In this document: piece after piece, positions 28,142 to 37,802 of the stretch
How positions within the stretch are numbered: position 1 is the first letter of the stretch
Layout: every line of letters starts with the position of its first letter
Assembly (NCBI GenBank): GCA_039630345.1
Contig: JBCNVD010000039.1
Location: forward strand, 1 to 64,000
DNA from: Aquificaceae bacterium
Lineage (GTDB): Bacteria; Aquificota; Aquificia; Aquificales; Aquificaceae
DNA length: 64,000 bases
Reading direction: 5' to 3'
Notes under the pieces: model-generated
Told to the model about the DNA's origin: nothing
What the model saw: the letters and a program-made list of their open reading frames with translations, nothing else
The model's database searches: none
Program-made: the position numbers and the translations under genes

Positions 28142-28954
28142 ATGAATAACTCAAAAGTAAATCTCTGGAGAGAGATGGTAAATTCCAGACTCAAAGAGCT
28201 CCTTATGCTCGTTAAACACGAGAAATTAAGAAATTTGCTGTCATATTATCCGCTTCAGGAGGGTAAAAGACTTAGACCTTTGCTGGTAATTGCAGTCTGC
28301 GACGCTCTTTCGGGGGACTTAAATGATTCATTAAACATAGGATGCGCCATCGAACTAACTCATGCGTATTCTTTGGTGCATGATGATTTACCAAGTCTTG
28401 ATAATGCAATAACAAGAAGAGGTCTACCGGCTTTTCATATTCGTTTTGGTGAGGATGTTGCAATTTTAGCAGGTGATGGTCTTTTAACTTTCGCTTTTGA
28501 AATCCTCTCAAAGAGAGAGCTTTACTCTACTTTGGATGAACGCGCTTTGCTTAAAGCCATTGAGCTCACAGCTATAAAGGCTGGAATATCCGGTATGGTC
28601 GCAGGTCAGACTCTTGAGCTCCTGTATCATACAGACAGAGAATACATAAACCTTTTAAAGACTGCAGAGCTATTCTCCCTTTGCTTTATGCTTGGGGGTT
28701 TATGCGCAGGTTTTAAAGACCTTAGCGAGCTTGAAGAGGCTGGCAGGCGCTTTGGCGTTTGCTTCCAGATGCTTGATGATTTTTATGATGCAGACGGTCT
28801 TTACCTTCCCCTTGGCAAAAACCTCAAAAGCAGGCTAAGGTTGGAGCTAAGCCATCTAATAACCTCTCTCGATAAACTTTCTTTACTGACTGAAGAAATG
28901 AGAGCTATCTTAAACCTCGCCTTCGGCGAGACCATTGAGGGGCTTTTTTCATAA
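28142..28954 (+). CDS. ispA: Polyprenyl (farnesyl/geranylgeranyl) diphosphate synthase
   Basis: GKRLRP, HDDLPSLDN..RRG, GMVAGQ, KTA, FQMLDDFYD. Confidence 0.9.
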   Translation: MNNSKVNLWREMVNSRLKELLMLVKHEKLRNLLSYYPLQEGKRLRPLLVIAVCDALSGDLNDSLNIGCAIELTHAYSLVHDDLPSLDNAITRRGLPAFHIRFGEDVAILAGDGLLTFAFEILSKRELYSTLDERALLKAIELTAIKAGISGMVAGQTLELLYHTDREYINLLKTAELFSLCFMLGGLCAGFKDLSELEEAGRRFGVCFQMLDDFYDADGLYLPLGKNLKSRLRLELSHLITSLDKLSLLTEEMRAILNLAFGETIEGLFS

Positions 28955-29948
28955 GCACTCTAAAGTATGCAAATACATAAACCACTATAAAAACCAGGAA
29001 AAATAAGGCCAAAACAGTAGTGTTGTCCCAGAATGTAATTGCTGGCAAAACCCCAAAGGAGTTCATAACCCACAAAAACGGCGAGGTAGCAGGATTTCTG
29101 ATATGTTCAGCTTTTGGATTTTTTATAAGCGATTTGATAAGTCTTCTGTAAATTAGCGAATGCAAGTGCAGGGCATCTGGCAAAAATGGGGATCTTTTCC
29201 TTAGTATTGCCCTTCTATAAAACGAAAATCCAACCTCTAAAAGTGGATATACCTGAACTAACAATGCAAATAAAGGTGATACCTGGCGATTTTCTATAAT
29301 CAAAATTAGCCCAAGAGAGGCGCTCAAAAACCCAATTAGATACGCCCCGCCGTCTCCAAGAAATATAAGCCCCGCGGGATAGTTAAAAACAAAGAATCCA
29401 AGCAAAGCTCCCGCTATTCCAAGGGAAATGGTAGCGACAAATATATTTCCAACCTCAAACGCGACAAAACCCGTTCCAAGCAAAGAAACCACACAAACGA
29501 TGCTGGCAAGACCGTTAAAGCCGTCTATTAAGTTAAATCCGTGTATAACCGTAGTTAGAAATAGAGCATAAACCCCTGCCAAAAAAGGATTTACTTCAAT
29601 GCTTAGACAAAAAATTAATGAAAAAAAGGCGGTCAAAAATAGCCTCAGTCTCGGAGCTAAATTAGAAGTCAAATCCTCTATTAACCCAACCGAAAATACC
29701 AGACTTGCAAAAGTCGAAAGCAAAAATAGCTCTCTAAAATAAACCTCATTTCTCAATAGCGCAAGTAAATTCAGAGCAACAAGCGCAAAAAAAATGCCAG
29801 CTCCACCCAGCCTTGGAACATAATCTTTATGAAACTTTTGAGGACCTTCGTGAGGGGCGCTCTTTATAACACCCCTGTAAGATAAATAAATCCCGAGTGC
29901 ACAAAAAAAGAGTGATACATAAAATCCAACAATCAAATAGCTCAGCAA
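28905..29948 (-). CDS. WecA/MraY-family undecaprenyl-phosphate sugar-1-phosphate transferase
   Basis: PRLGG, GLIED, NLIDGFNGL, FLGDGG, PDALHLH; multi-TM. Confidence 0.9.
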   Translation of the reverse strand: MLSYLIVGFYVSLFFCALGIYLSYRGVIKSAPHEGPQKFHKDYVPRLGGAGIFFALVALNLLALLRNEVYFRELFLLSTFASLVFSVGLIEDLTSNLAPRLRLFLTAFFSLIFCLSIEVNPFLAGVYALFLTTVIHGFNLIDGFNGLASIVCVVSLLGTGFVAFEVGNIFVATISLGIAGALLGFFVFNYPAGLIFLGDGGAYLIGFLSASLGLILIIENRQVSPLFALLVQVYPLLEVGFSFYRRAILRKRSPFLPDALHLHSLIYRRLIKSLIKNPKAEHIRNPATSPFLWVMNSFGVLPAITFWDNTTVLALFFLVFIVVYVFAYFRVLMKKAPQWSRRRRGLR

Positions 29949-30763
29949 AGCTCTCTTATCACCTTTGCGTTTATTTCGTCTCTATATTTATCATTAATCC
30001 ATCCATATTGATTAAAGTATTTAAAGCAATCATAAATATGAACTATCAAAAGTTTGAAGTTTTTATATGATCCTCTTTTCCACCCGTGTTGCACCTGGGC
30101 ATGAGGGAAAAAGATAGTTTTATATCTAAAGCCTATTCGCCTGCATAAATCAAGGTCATCGCAGTAAAGGAAGTATCTCTCGTCAAACAGCCCACACTCT
30201 TGCAGCGCTTTAGCTCTTATTAACATAAAACACCCGGAGAGAAAGGGAACTTCCATGATCTTTGAATACCCACTGCATCTAAGCTCGTGCCTAAACATTC
30301 GATCCCTGAAAATTACCTCAAGGGGCCACCAGCTTAAAAATCTCCTTATTATCAAATCAAAAGGCGTTGGAAGTAGTCTGCAAAGATACTGAATCTCCCC
30401 GCCGGGAGTTCTAACCATGGGCATAACTAATCCTGTAGAGGGGTTTTCCTCCATAAATTCATAAATCGCTTCCAGAGTGCCCGCATCAAACCACACATCC
30501 GGGTTTAAAACAAGATGATAGGGGGTTTTATCTTTTAGAGTTTCCCTTATTGCTATGTTATTTGCCTTTCCGTATCCAAGGTTTTTCCCTGTAAAAATGT
30601 AAACTATTCTGCTATCTAGCTCTTTTAATGTCTTTAGCCTGTCCTCAGGTGAGTTATCGACAAGGAATATCTTTCTCACAATGGCTGAGTTTATAACGCT
30701 ATACAAGGTTTTTTCCAAACTTTTTGGTTCACTTTTGTATAAAACTATAGAGACATTAATCAC
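29942..30763 (-). CDS. GT2 glycosyltransferase (WbbL-like rhamnosyltransferase)
   Basis: VDNS, NLGYGKANN, LNPD, SGCFML, FDERYFLY..DLDLCRR. Confidence 0.88.
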   Translation of the reverse strand: MINVSIVLYKSEPKSLEKTLYSVINSAIVRKIFLVDNSPEDRLKTLKELDSRIVYIFTGKNLGYGKANNIAIRETLKDKTPYHLVLNPDVWFDAGTLEAIYEFMEENPSTGLVMPMVRTPGGEIQYLCRLLPTPFDLIIRRFLSWWPLEVIFRDRMFRHELRCSGYSKIMEVPFLSGCFMLIRAKALQECGLFDERYFLYCDDLDLCRRIGFRYKTIFFPHAQVQHGWKRGSYKNFKLLIVHIYDCFKYFNQYGWINDKYRDEINAKVIRELC

Positions 30764-31697
30764 TGCAAAACATCTCCAGTGCAAGTATTAAACCAATGTT
30801 CCTGTAAATTCCGTGACTTTGATAACCATTCTTTAACGCTTTCCAGCTTCTTAACAGCTTTTTCTCTTCGCAAAGACCTAAAAAACCCTCAATTTCCTCT
30901 TTTTTCTCTCTGCTTAATCTTCCACTATAGAGTTCTAAGAACTCCTTTGCTTGATAGATTCTATCCTCGAGTGCTTTTTTTAACTTAAAACCACTCTTTA
31001 ACTTTCTTAAATAATATAAAAGCCCATACTTCTTTGCGCCGGTGTTTTGATTTTTATGTTGCCTGTAGATTATAGTTGGCTTTTTAAGTGGCTCTATGTG
31101 GCCAAAAGCACTTGCTAAGAGTCCAATCCACCAGTCATGCATTATGGCATTTTTGGGAATAGCTACTAATAGCTCCCTGAGGGGTCTGTTAACAAGGGTA
31201 GCACATCCTGTTATAGTGTTTAAAACAAGCAAATTCTTCAGGCTTTTTCGTAATGGATTGATGTTCTGATAATCCCAGAAGGAGTTTGATATTATTTTTA
31301 GTTTTTCATTCCCTACCAAAAGGTCAGTGTGCACCAGGATTGGGGAGTCTTTGCTTAGCTTTTCTTCAATAGCTTTTACCTTTTTTAGTTTATCTTCGAT
31401 TTTAGTTTCAAGCCATACATCATCCTGGTCTACGAAAAGAAAGTATTCACCTTCTGATTCTTTAAGAAGTTTGAGAAAGCTTCTGCAAGGACCTAAGTTT
31501 TCACCATCTAAGAGCAAAAAGACCCTCCCTCTATGGGATTTTTCAAAATCTTCAAGAAGTTTTATTGTTAAATCTTTTGAACCATCATCTCTTACATACA
31601 TCACCCAATCTCTGCAGGTTTGTCTCTCTATGGAGCTTAAAAGCTCTCTTAAGTATCTCTCCCCGTTGTAAGTAGATAGAAGCAAGCTAACCTGCAT
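30756..31697 (-). CDS. GT2 glycosyltransferase (rhamnosyltransferase-like)
   Basis: TYNGERYL, RDDGSKD, DQDDVW, TGC, MHDWW, YRQH. Confidence 0.9.
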   Translation of the reverse strand: MQVSLLLSTYNGERYLRELLSSIERQTCRDWVMYVRDDGSKDLTIKLLEDFEKSHRGRVFLLLDGENLGPCRSFLKLLKESEGEYFLFVDQDDVWLETKIEDKLKKVKAIEEKLSKDSPILVHTDLLVGNEKLKIISNSFWDYQNINPLRKSLKNLLVLNTITGCATLVNRPLRELLVAIPKNAIMHDWWIGLLASAFGHIEPLKKPTIIYRQHKNQNTGAKKYGLLYYLRKLKSGFKLKKALEDRIYQAKEFLELYSGRLSREKKEEIEGFLGLCEEKKLLRSWKALKNGYQSHGIYRNIGLILALEMFCSD

Positions 31698-32409
31698 AGG
31701 CTTTTATAACTTCTTTTGCTTCACCTAGTAGTTTGATATGTTTGTCTTCTATTAGCATTGCTCTTTTGCAAAATCTTTCAATCTGCTTAGCATCGTGCGA
31801 GACCAGCAGTATTGTGACATTGGATTTTTGTAGCTCGGATATTTTCTCAAGGCATTTTTTTTGAAATTCTGAGTCCCCGACTGCGAGAATCTCGTCTACT
31901 AACAAAATCTCTGGTTTTATATGAACTGCTATCGAAAATCCAAGTCTTGCAAGCATTCCTGTAGAAAAAGTGCGAATAGGCTGATGTGCAAATTCCTTTA
32001 AACCTGCAAACTCAAGGATTTCACCTGTAAGAGCTTTCATCTTTCTCCTGCTTGCACCTAGCAAAACCCCATTTAGCATAATGTTTTCAACAGCATTCAG
32101 CTCGTGATGAAAGCCAGCCCCAAGCTCTAAAAGTGGCACTACCTTCCCTCTTACTTCAACTCTTCCTCTATCGGGGACTAAGACCCCTGCTATCAATCCA
32201 AGAATTGTACTTTTTCCTGCCCCGTTTTTACCAACTATACCAAAAGTTTCACCTCTGTATACTTCGAAACTGATATCTTTAATGGCAACAAACCTCTCTT
32301 TTAAGGTCCAGAAATACCTAGGGTTTAAAAGCATAGTTTTAATGCCAGGACGCCTATATAGAGGAAAGCTCTTCTCTACATTTGAAAACCTGATTACAAC
32401 ATCATTCAT
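31687..32409 (-). CDS. wzt: Polysaccharide ABC exporter ATPase Wzt (NBD only, about 240 aa)
   Basis: GKNGAGKST, FSTGM, DEILAVGD, SH; ATG 32409 overlaps the wzm stop. Confidence 0.92.
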   Translation of the reverse strand: MNDVVIRFSNVEKSFPLYRRPGIKTMLLNPRYFWTLKERFVAIKDISFEVYRGETFGIVGKNGAGKSTILGLIAGVLVPDRGRVEVRGKVVPLLELGAGFHHELNAVENIMLNGVLLGASRRKMKALTGEILEFAGLKEFAHQPIRTFSTGMLARLGFSIAVHIKPEILLVDEILAVGDSEFQKKCLEKISELQKSNVTILLVSHDAKQIERFCKRAMLIEDKHIKLLGEAKEVIKAYAG

Positions 32410-33164
32410 AGAACTTCCGCAAACCTCTTTGAAAACCTTGAAAAAATATAAGAACCTATCACAAGCCAGAAAGCAGAGTGAATAACAGATAATCCAATTA
32501 ACCACAGCTCTACATCTGATTTCAAAATAAGCCTGTGCCATGATTCAACTACAGGAAACATTGGGTTTAGATAAAAAATTGGCCTAAAATTTTCCGGGAT
32601 CATTTCAAAAGGATATATTATCGGAGTTGCATAAAATACCATATTAAGCCCTATTTGGGTAAGTCTCTCCAGGTCTCTAAAGAAGGGATTAAGGCTTGAT
32701 AGAATAAGGCTTATGCCGAGCGTTGTAATGAGCTGTAAAACTATGAATAAAGTGCCGGCAAGCCACACAATGCTAGGGGGTTTTGAATGAAAAATGGCAA
32801 AAGCAAACAAAACAGGCAGAGAAGCAATAAAATGAAAGCAATCATTTAAAACATTACTCATTGGTAGCATAAAGTAGGGAAATTTTACCTTTTTAACCAA
32901 AGAAGCATTTGAGATTATACTGACAGTTGATGCACTTAAAGAATTCAAAAACCACTGCCACGAAAATAGTCCCGATAGCAAAAACACCACAAAATCCTCT
33001 ACCTGTATTTTCAACACTACCCTGAGAGCAAAAAAGAACAGAAGAGCAAGCAAAAGTGGATATAGCAAAGACCAGAGGTATCCAAGTGCGCTGGAGCGAT
33101 ACTTTACCTTTATTTCTTTCAGAGTCAAGGTCAGAATAAGGTCAAAATTCCTCAGGAGATTCAT
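32406..33164 (-). CDS. wzm: Polysaccharide ABC exporter permease Wzm
   Basis: KYRSSALGYLW, FRD, FYATPIIYP, LNP, RFAEVL. Confidence 0.92.
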   Translation of the reverse strand: MNLLRNFDLILTLTLKEIKVKYRSSALGYLWSLLYPLLLALLFFFALRVVLKIQVEDFVVFLLSGLFSWQWFLNSLSASTVSIISNASLVKKVKFPYFMLPMSNVLNDCFHFIASLPVLFAFAIFHSKPPSIVWLAGTLFIVLQLITTLGISLILSSLNPFFRDLERLTQIGLNMVFYATPIIYPFEMIPENFRPIFYLNPMFPVVESWHRLILKSDVELWLIGLSVIHSAFWLVIGSYIFSRFSKRFAEVL

Positions 33165-34114
33165 TTAATATGTTTTACCTTACGCCTTAGCATCAGGTGT
33201 GAAGTTATCAGCTCCGGGGGGTATTGAGTCTTCTCTGAAATCACATTATAAAACTTGCTTATATTCTGGATTTTAGAGGGGTTATCTCTAATTAATTCTA
33301 TTTTCAAGAAGGGACATTGCATATCTTCTATCAAAATATCCCAGAAAAAGTGAGTTGGATTGAGATAAATATGGCTTTTACTGACTCTTTGCTGGGCTTT
33401 TTTTCTTGTTAAAATGTCAAAGTATTCGCATATTGCAAAAGGTTTTATACCCTCTTTTATCATAAACTGAGAAAGCCCTATTTCATACCTTTCTATAACC
33501 CGTCTTTTGTTGTTAAAAAAGACATAAGACCTGAAAAACCTATCAATGAGCCCTGATTTTATAACTTCTTGATTGAAAGTAATGAAGTAACTTTGCAGAT
33601 GATATGCGCCTTCCCATGAATCGGTTATCCCCCCAAAAGGCTTTTGAAAAAGTATCTCCATTTTCTCTTTAAAAGTTTTAGAATCTTTATATTCAATAGG
33701 TCCAAAAACGCTATCGTTGCAAAACAAAACCCCTTTAAAGTTCTCAATTCCTAATTCTCTTTTTGCAACCTGCCAGCCAACAAAATAAGATCCAAAGTCT
33801 CTCCCTCTGCCTTTTCTCACTATCACTATCCTGACCGTTTTTAATAGCCTTTCAATGTCTTTTTTTGATAGTTTGCTATTGCTGACAAAAACTATCTCAA
33901 TCCCGGCATCTAATAGCTTCTCAAGATAATAAAAAACATACTCAGAAACCCTTTTAAACTGATTGTAATGGGCGAATATTCCCAAATAGCTCAGATTTTT
34001 ATTTTCTGATATCCCTGCTTTATAACTTAAGAATTTCCACCCTGATTTGCTTATCCTGCCAAGCAGATAATCAACCGGGTAGTGAATAATGCCCAGTCTC
34101 CCTGATAATTTCAT
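33161..34114 (-). CDS. Rhamnan synthesis protein F (RgpF)-like protein
   Basis: FAHY, GRDFG, NDSVFGP, HLQSYF, YEIGLSQ, PFLK. Confidence 0.75.
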   Translation of the reverse strand: MKLSGRLGIIHYPVDYLLGRISKSGWKFLSYKAGISENKNLSYLGIFAHYNQFKRVSEYVFYYLEKLLDAGIEIVFVSNSKLSKKDIERLLKTVRIVIVRKGRGRDFGSYFVGWQVAKRELGIENFKGVLFCNDSVFGPIEYKDSKTFKEKMEILFQKPFGGITDSWEGAYHLQSYFITFNQEVIKSGLIDRFFRSYVFFNNKRRVIERYEIGLSQFMIKEGIKPFAICEYFDILTRKKAQQRVSKSHIYLNPTHFFWDILIEDMQCPFLKIELIRDNPSKIQNISKFYNVISEKTQYPPELITSHLMLRRKVKHIK

Positions 34115-34146
34115 AGTTGTTAGGTGAGGAGTAAATTTTAACTCAA

Positions 34147-35736
34147 ATGGGAAGTTATGCTTTGCTGGTAGTTTCCATGATTTTAAGCTCCGGGATGGTG
34201 GTTGCCGGGCTGTTTCATATACCTAACCCGGGCATTATTTACTTTAGCTCTCTTGGTGCAAGTATTGCCCTTCTTAGCTTTTCTATGCTCCTGTATCTTG
34301 TAAAAGTTTTTTCTTACCTTAGACTCCAGTTTTCTTCAAAAAGGGGTTTTGTAAGCATCTCTATCGACATACTGGCAGACCTGAGATTTGCGGTCCTTTT
34401 GATGATAGTCATAGGCTTTCTTTCGATGCTTGGTTCAACCTATGTCCCTCAGCGTCAGAGCATAGGCTTTTACATAGACCGCTTTGGCTTTGAAAAGGGG
34501 CTCTGGTTTTGGAAACTCTGGATAAGCGATGTGTTTAGCTCCTGGTATTACCTTGGCTCTATTGCCCTTCTTGGGCTAAGTCTTATAGCCTGCTCTTACA
34601 GGCGCTTGCCTTCGGTTTTTAAACAGGCTTTTGCTAAGGTAGATTTAACAAATGTCAAAGACCGCCTCAGAGACAAAAACGTCATAAGCATTGAAAAAGT
34701 AAGCGAGCAAAAGCTCGAAGAGTTTCTAAAGACCTTTGGAAAGCACAAAAAGTGGCAAGAGGGTGAAAGGACATATTTTTTTGCCCAGAAGGGCAGGTTT
34801 TCGCGTCTTGGGGTTTATGTGGTCCACTTAGGGCTTTTAGTGGTAATGGCCGGGGGGCTAATAGATGGCATTTTTGGCTTTAGGGGTAATATCTTAATCC
34901 CCGAGGGCGGGCGCTCCAGTGAAACTGCCCTTATACCCTCCGGCAAGGTTAAAGAGCTCCCGCTTCAGATAGAGCTAAAAGACTTTCGGATAGTCTCTTA
35001 TGGCGAAGAGGCATCAAAAAGGTCAAGAGTGGTAAGTCAGGCCATAAGCGACGCAATAGCGAGCTTTGAGAGCGATATAGTTATCTTTTCACAAGATGGA
35101 GAAAGAGCCTCAAAAGTGGCGGTAAATAAACCCGTGGAAGTTGGCCAGTATAGACTCTTTCAGGCAACTTACTCTATGCTCCCTGAAGCGGGGAACGTAA
35201 AGCTCGCAATCTTTGACAAATCAAAAGCAAGTGATCCTCAAAACGGGTACTTAGGAAGCGTCAGCTTAAGCGCAGGGAGCGTCTCTGAGTTTAAGGATAT
35301 GCTTCTGGCCATAGACCGCTCTACTTTGAATTTGGAAAACGAAGCCCTGGGTGCTCAGGGCATTTTAAAGCCTGCTTTGATGGTAAAAGTAGTGCTAAAC
35401 GGGGAAACCTTTGATGTGCCCGTGATATATTCACCTGAGCTGAGCTTTTTTGCCCAGTCTCAGATGGAAAATAGCGATAAGTTTCCCTATTTGTTTTTTC
35501 TAACAGAGTTTGAACCTCGTTTTATCAGCGGTTTTCAAATATCCTATCAACCGGGTGTGCCACTTATATGGGCAGGCTCTTTTATGATTGTTTTTGGTAT
35601 GATGCTTGCTTTTTACACAAACCATAAAAAGGTCTTTGTAATGTATGAAGGAGACACTCTAAAGCTTTCTCTATGGTCTCATAAATTCAAGGAAGAGTTT
35701 CACAGCGAGGTTTTAAAATACTTTAGCAACAAATGA
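34147..35736 (+). CDS. resB: Cytochrome c biogenesis protein ResB/Ccs1 (System II)
   Basis: GSTYVPQ, VFSSW, ACS, HLG, VNKP, FQA, PGVPLIW.G. Confidence 0.88.
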   Translation: MGSYALLVVSMILSSGMVVAGLFHIPNPGIIYFSSLGASIALLSFSMLLYLVKVFSYLRLQFSSKRGFVSISIDILADLRFAVLLMIVIGFLSMLGSTYVPQRQSIGFYIDRFGFEKGLWFWKLWISDVFSSWYYLGSIALLGLSLIACSYRRLPSVFKQAFAKVDLTNVKDRLRDKNVISIEKVSEQKLEEFLKTFGKHKKWQEGERTYFFAQKGRFSRLGVYVVHLGLLVVMAGGLIDGIFGFRGNILIPEGGRSSETALIPSGKVKELPLQIELKDFRIVSYGEEASKRSRVVSQAISDAIASFESDIVIFSQDGERASKVAVNKPVEVGQYRLFQATYSMLPEAGNVKLAIFDKSKASDPQNGYLGSVSLSAGSVSEFKDMLLAIDRSTLNLENEALGAQGILKPALMVKVVLNGETFDVPVIYSPELSFFAQSQMENSDKFPYLFFLTEFEPRFISGFQISYQPGVPLIWAGSFMIVFGMMLAFYTNHKKVFVMYEGDTLKLSLWSHKFKEEFHSEVLKYFSNK

Positions 35737-36050
35737 AAAAGGTTTTGCTAATGGAAAAAGACCTCCTGCTCGCAAGCAGGATAAAATCCGCCCTGAAAGA
35801 CTTTGAGGTAAGAGTAGGCGACTCATATAGTGGTGAAGATATAGTCATCATCAACATAGAGTCCTTTGACATCTCAAATGTAAAAGACCTTGGCGAAAAA
35901 TCAACCGTCATAGGCTATTGCTCGCATGTCAAAACTGACCTCATGCAAAGGGCAAAACAGGAGGGCGCAACTCTGGTTGTTCCAAGAAGCCAGATAGCAA
36001 AAGACCCTTCCGGGCTCATCCTTGGTCTAATAGCCAAGAGAGAAGATTAA
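35733..36050 (+). CDS. Small CheY-like receiver-fold protein (atypical)
   Basis: KVLLMEKD...IVIINI...VIGY...AKQEGA pattern. Confidence 0.6.
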   Translation: MKKVLLMEKDLLLASRIKSALKDFEVRVGDSYSGEDIVIINIESFDISNVKDLGEKSTVIGYCSHVKTDLMQRAKQEGATLVVPRSQIAKDPSGLILGLIAKRED

Positions 36051-36425
36051 ATTAGATTGCTCTTCTGTCAAAGGCACCACCGACAGCCTTGGCATACGCA
36101 AAAGCAAAGAGTCTTTAAACTCCTCTCTGGTTTTTAATTCTTTAAGGGTTATATTTCTCTTAAGCCGCCCTTCGGGCGAGATGTTAAAGACCCACAAACC
36201 CTCAAACAAATAAGGCTCTGACTCCACCTTTGCAACGCCCACTATCGCTTTTTCCTTCCCGGTGTGATAAATAAAACAAACATCACCTTTTTTAGAGCTC
36301 TTTATATGCTTTTGAGCAAGAGGATTTTTAACCCCGTCCCACCTTGTGACGCCTTCTTTTAAAAGGTCTTCAAAAGAATATTCAGAAGGCTCTGTTTTTA
36401 AAATCATATATCCCTTTTGTTCCAT
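36027..36425 (-). CDS. EVE domain protein
   Basis: LKTEPSEYS, WDGVKN, FIYHTG, RLSVVP. Confidence 0.9.
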   Translation of the reverse strand: MEQKGYMILKTEPSEYSFEDLLKEGVTRWDGVKNPLAQKHIKSSKKGDVCFIYHTGKEKAIVGVAKVESEPYLFEGLWVFNISPEGRLKRNITLKELKTREEFKDSLLLRMPRLSVVPLTEEQSNLIFSLGY

Positions 36426-36456
36426 GGCTTTTAGATTATTCTAAAATAAACTTACC

Positions 36457-37398
36457 ATGATAACCATTATCGCAAGCTCTTCCACGGGTTTTCGAAAGCT
36501 CACAATAGACCAGCTTGATGAGGTTAGAGACCAGCCGGTTTTGTGGTTCGATGTGGAAAAGCCAAGCGAGGCTGAAATCGACTGGCTTAAGAGCGTTGCG
36601 GGCTTTGAAATGCCACCAAGAGAGGTCATAGGCGATATAGAAATCAGTAGCAAGTTTAGAGAAAACGGCGAAGCGATATATATGAATATGAGCTTTGTTC
36701 TTCAGCAAAAAGAGGATGTTGTGGTAGAACCGGTGATATTTTTTTTGCGAAGCAGGTTTGTTATAACCCTTCGCTACAGAGATATTCCATCCATGCTTAT
36801 ATTTCAAAAGCGCCTTGAGAACTCTTTAAAGGGTTTGCAGTTTCCCGAAGCAGTTGTTGCAGGGATTCTTGATATAGAGGTCGATAGAATAGGCGACAGG
36901 CTTGAAATTTTAGGAAGAAGGATAAGAAACCTCAGAAAAGAGGTATTCATAGAGCAATCTGAAGAAATCATCAGAGACATATCTTACTATGACGAGCTAA
37001 ACATGACTTTAAGAGAGAGCATAAACGAAAAGCTAAGGATTTTATCCCACTTTATTAAAAGTCCAAAGGTAAACGCTCAGACAAAGCGCGACATAAAGAT
37101 TGCCATCGACGACCTTCATACATTGCTTGACTATACGGTCTTTTACATGGATAAAATTGACAGCATTCAAAATAGTCTGCTTGGTCTTATATCCATTCGC
37201 CAAAATGAAGCTGTGAAGGTCTTTACGGTGCTTGCAACGGTGTTCCTGCCTGCTACTTTGATTGCAAGCATTTTTGGGATGAACTTTGAATATATGCCTG
37301 AACTTAAATGGAAGTTTGGATATCCTTATTCTCTTGCCTTGATGCTTTTGGTTACTCTGGGGCTTATTTACTGGGTTAGGAGAAAGGGCTGGTTATGA
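36457..37398 (+). CDS. corA: CorA Mg2+/Co2+ transporter
   Basis: QNEAVK...PATLIASIFGMNF..MPEL, two C-terminal TMs. Confidence 0.95.
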   Translation: MITIIASSSTGFRKLTIDQLDEVRDQPVLWFDVEKPSEAEIDWLKSVAGFEMPPREVIGDIEISSKFRENGEAIYMNMSFVLQQKEDVVVEPVIFFLRSRFVITLRYRDIPSMLIFQKRLENSLKGLQFPEAVVAGILDIEVDRIGDRLEILGRRIRNLRKEVFIEQSEEIIRDISYYDELNMTLRESINEKLRILSHFIKSPKVNAQTKRDIKIAIDDLHTLLDYTVFYMDKIDSIQNSLLGLISIRQNEAVKVFTVLATVFLPATLIASIFGMNFEYMPELKWKFGYPYSLALMLLVTLGLIYWVRRKGWL

Positions 37399-37802
37399 AC
37401 CTCAAAAAAGAAGACCTGGTTTTGATTGCCTTTATGCTCTTTGGGGTGTTTTATCCTGTGTTTATAAGCGGGCTTATTCATTATGAAGATGCGCGAAAGC
37501 GCGCTTATGATATAGAAAATTTAAGAAGTTTTTACAGGTTTTATCTGGGTCTTGAAGAGTGCAGAAAGGATAGAGCTGCTGAGCTTATGAGGCTCTCAAG
37601 TGAGGGACTTTCAAGCACCATAGGGGGTCTGGATGGGCTAATTAAAATCTGCAATCAAAATAGGGGTAAATATGAGCCTGTTTCTGAAGAGTTAAAAGAC
37701 GGAAAGCTGGAAGTTAAGCTAAAAGACGGTCTTTTATTGATTTTGTTTTATGAAGATGATGGGCTTAAGGTGGATTTTATAAGCTATGATAAAGGGCGTT
37801 GA
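37395..37802 (+). CDS. Hypothetical membrane-anchored protein
   Basis: 135 aa, N-terminal TM, coupled to corA. Confidence 0.65.
   Translation: MNLKKEDLVLIAFMLFGVFYPVFISGLIHYEDARKRAYDIENLRSFYRFYLGLEECRKDRAAELMRLSSEGLSSTIGGLDGLIKICNQNRGKYEPVSEELKDGKLEVKLKDGLLLILFYEDDGLKVDFISYDKGR

Noticed and set aside
26961..34114. Integrative element or genomic island inserted at tRNA-Ala
   Set aside because: No integrase and no direct repeat of the tRNA 3' end were seen, and housekeeping ispA sits inside the interval
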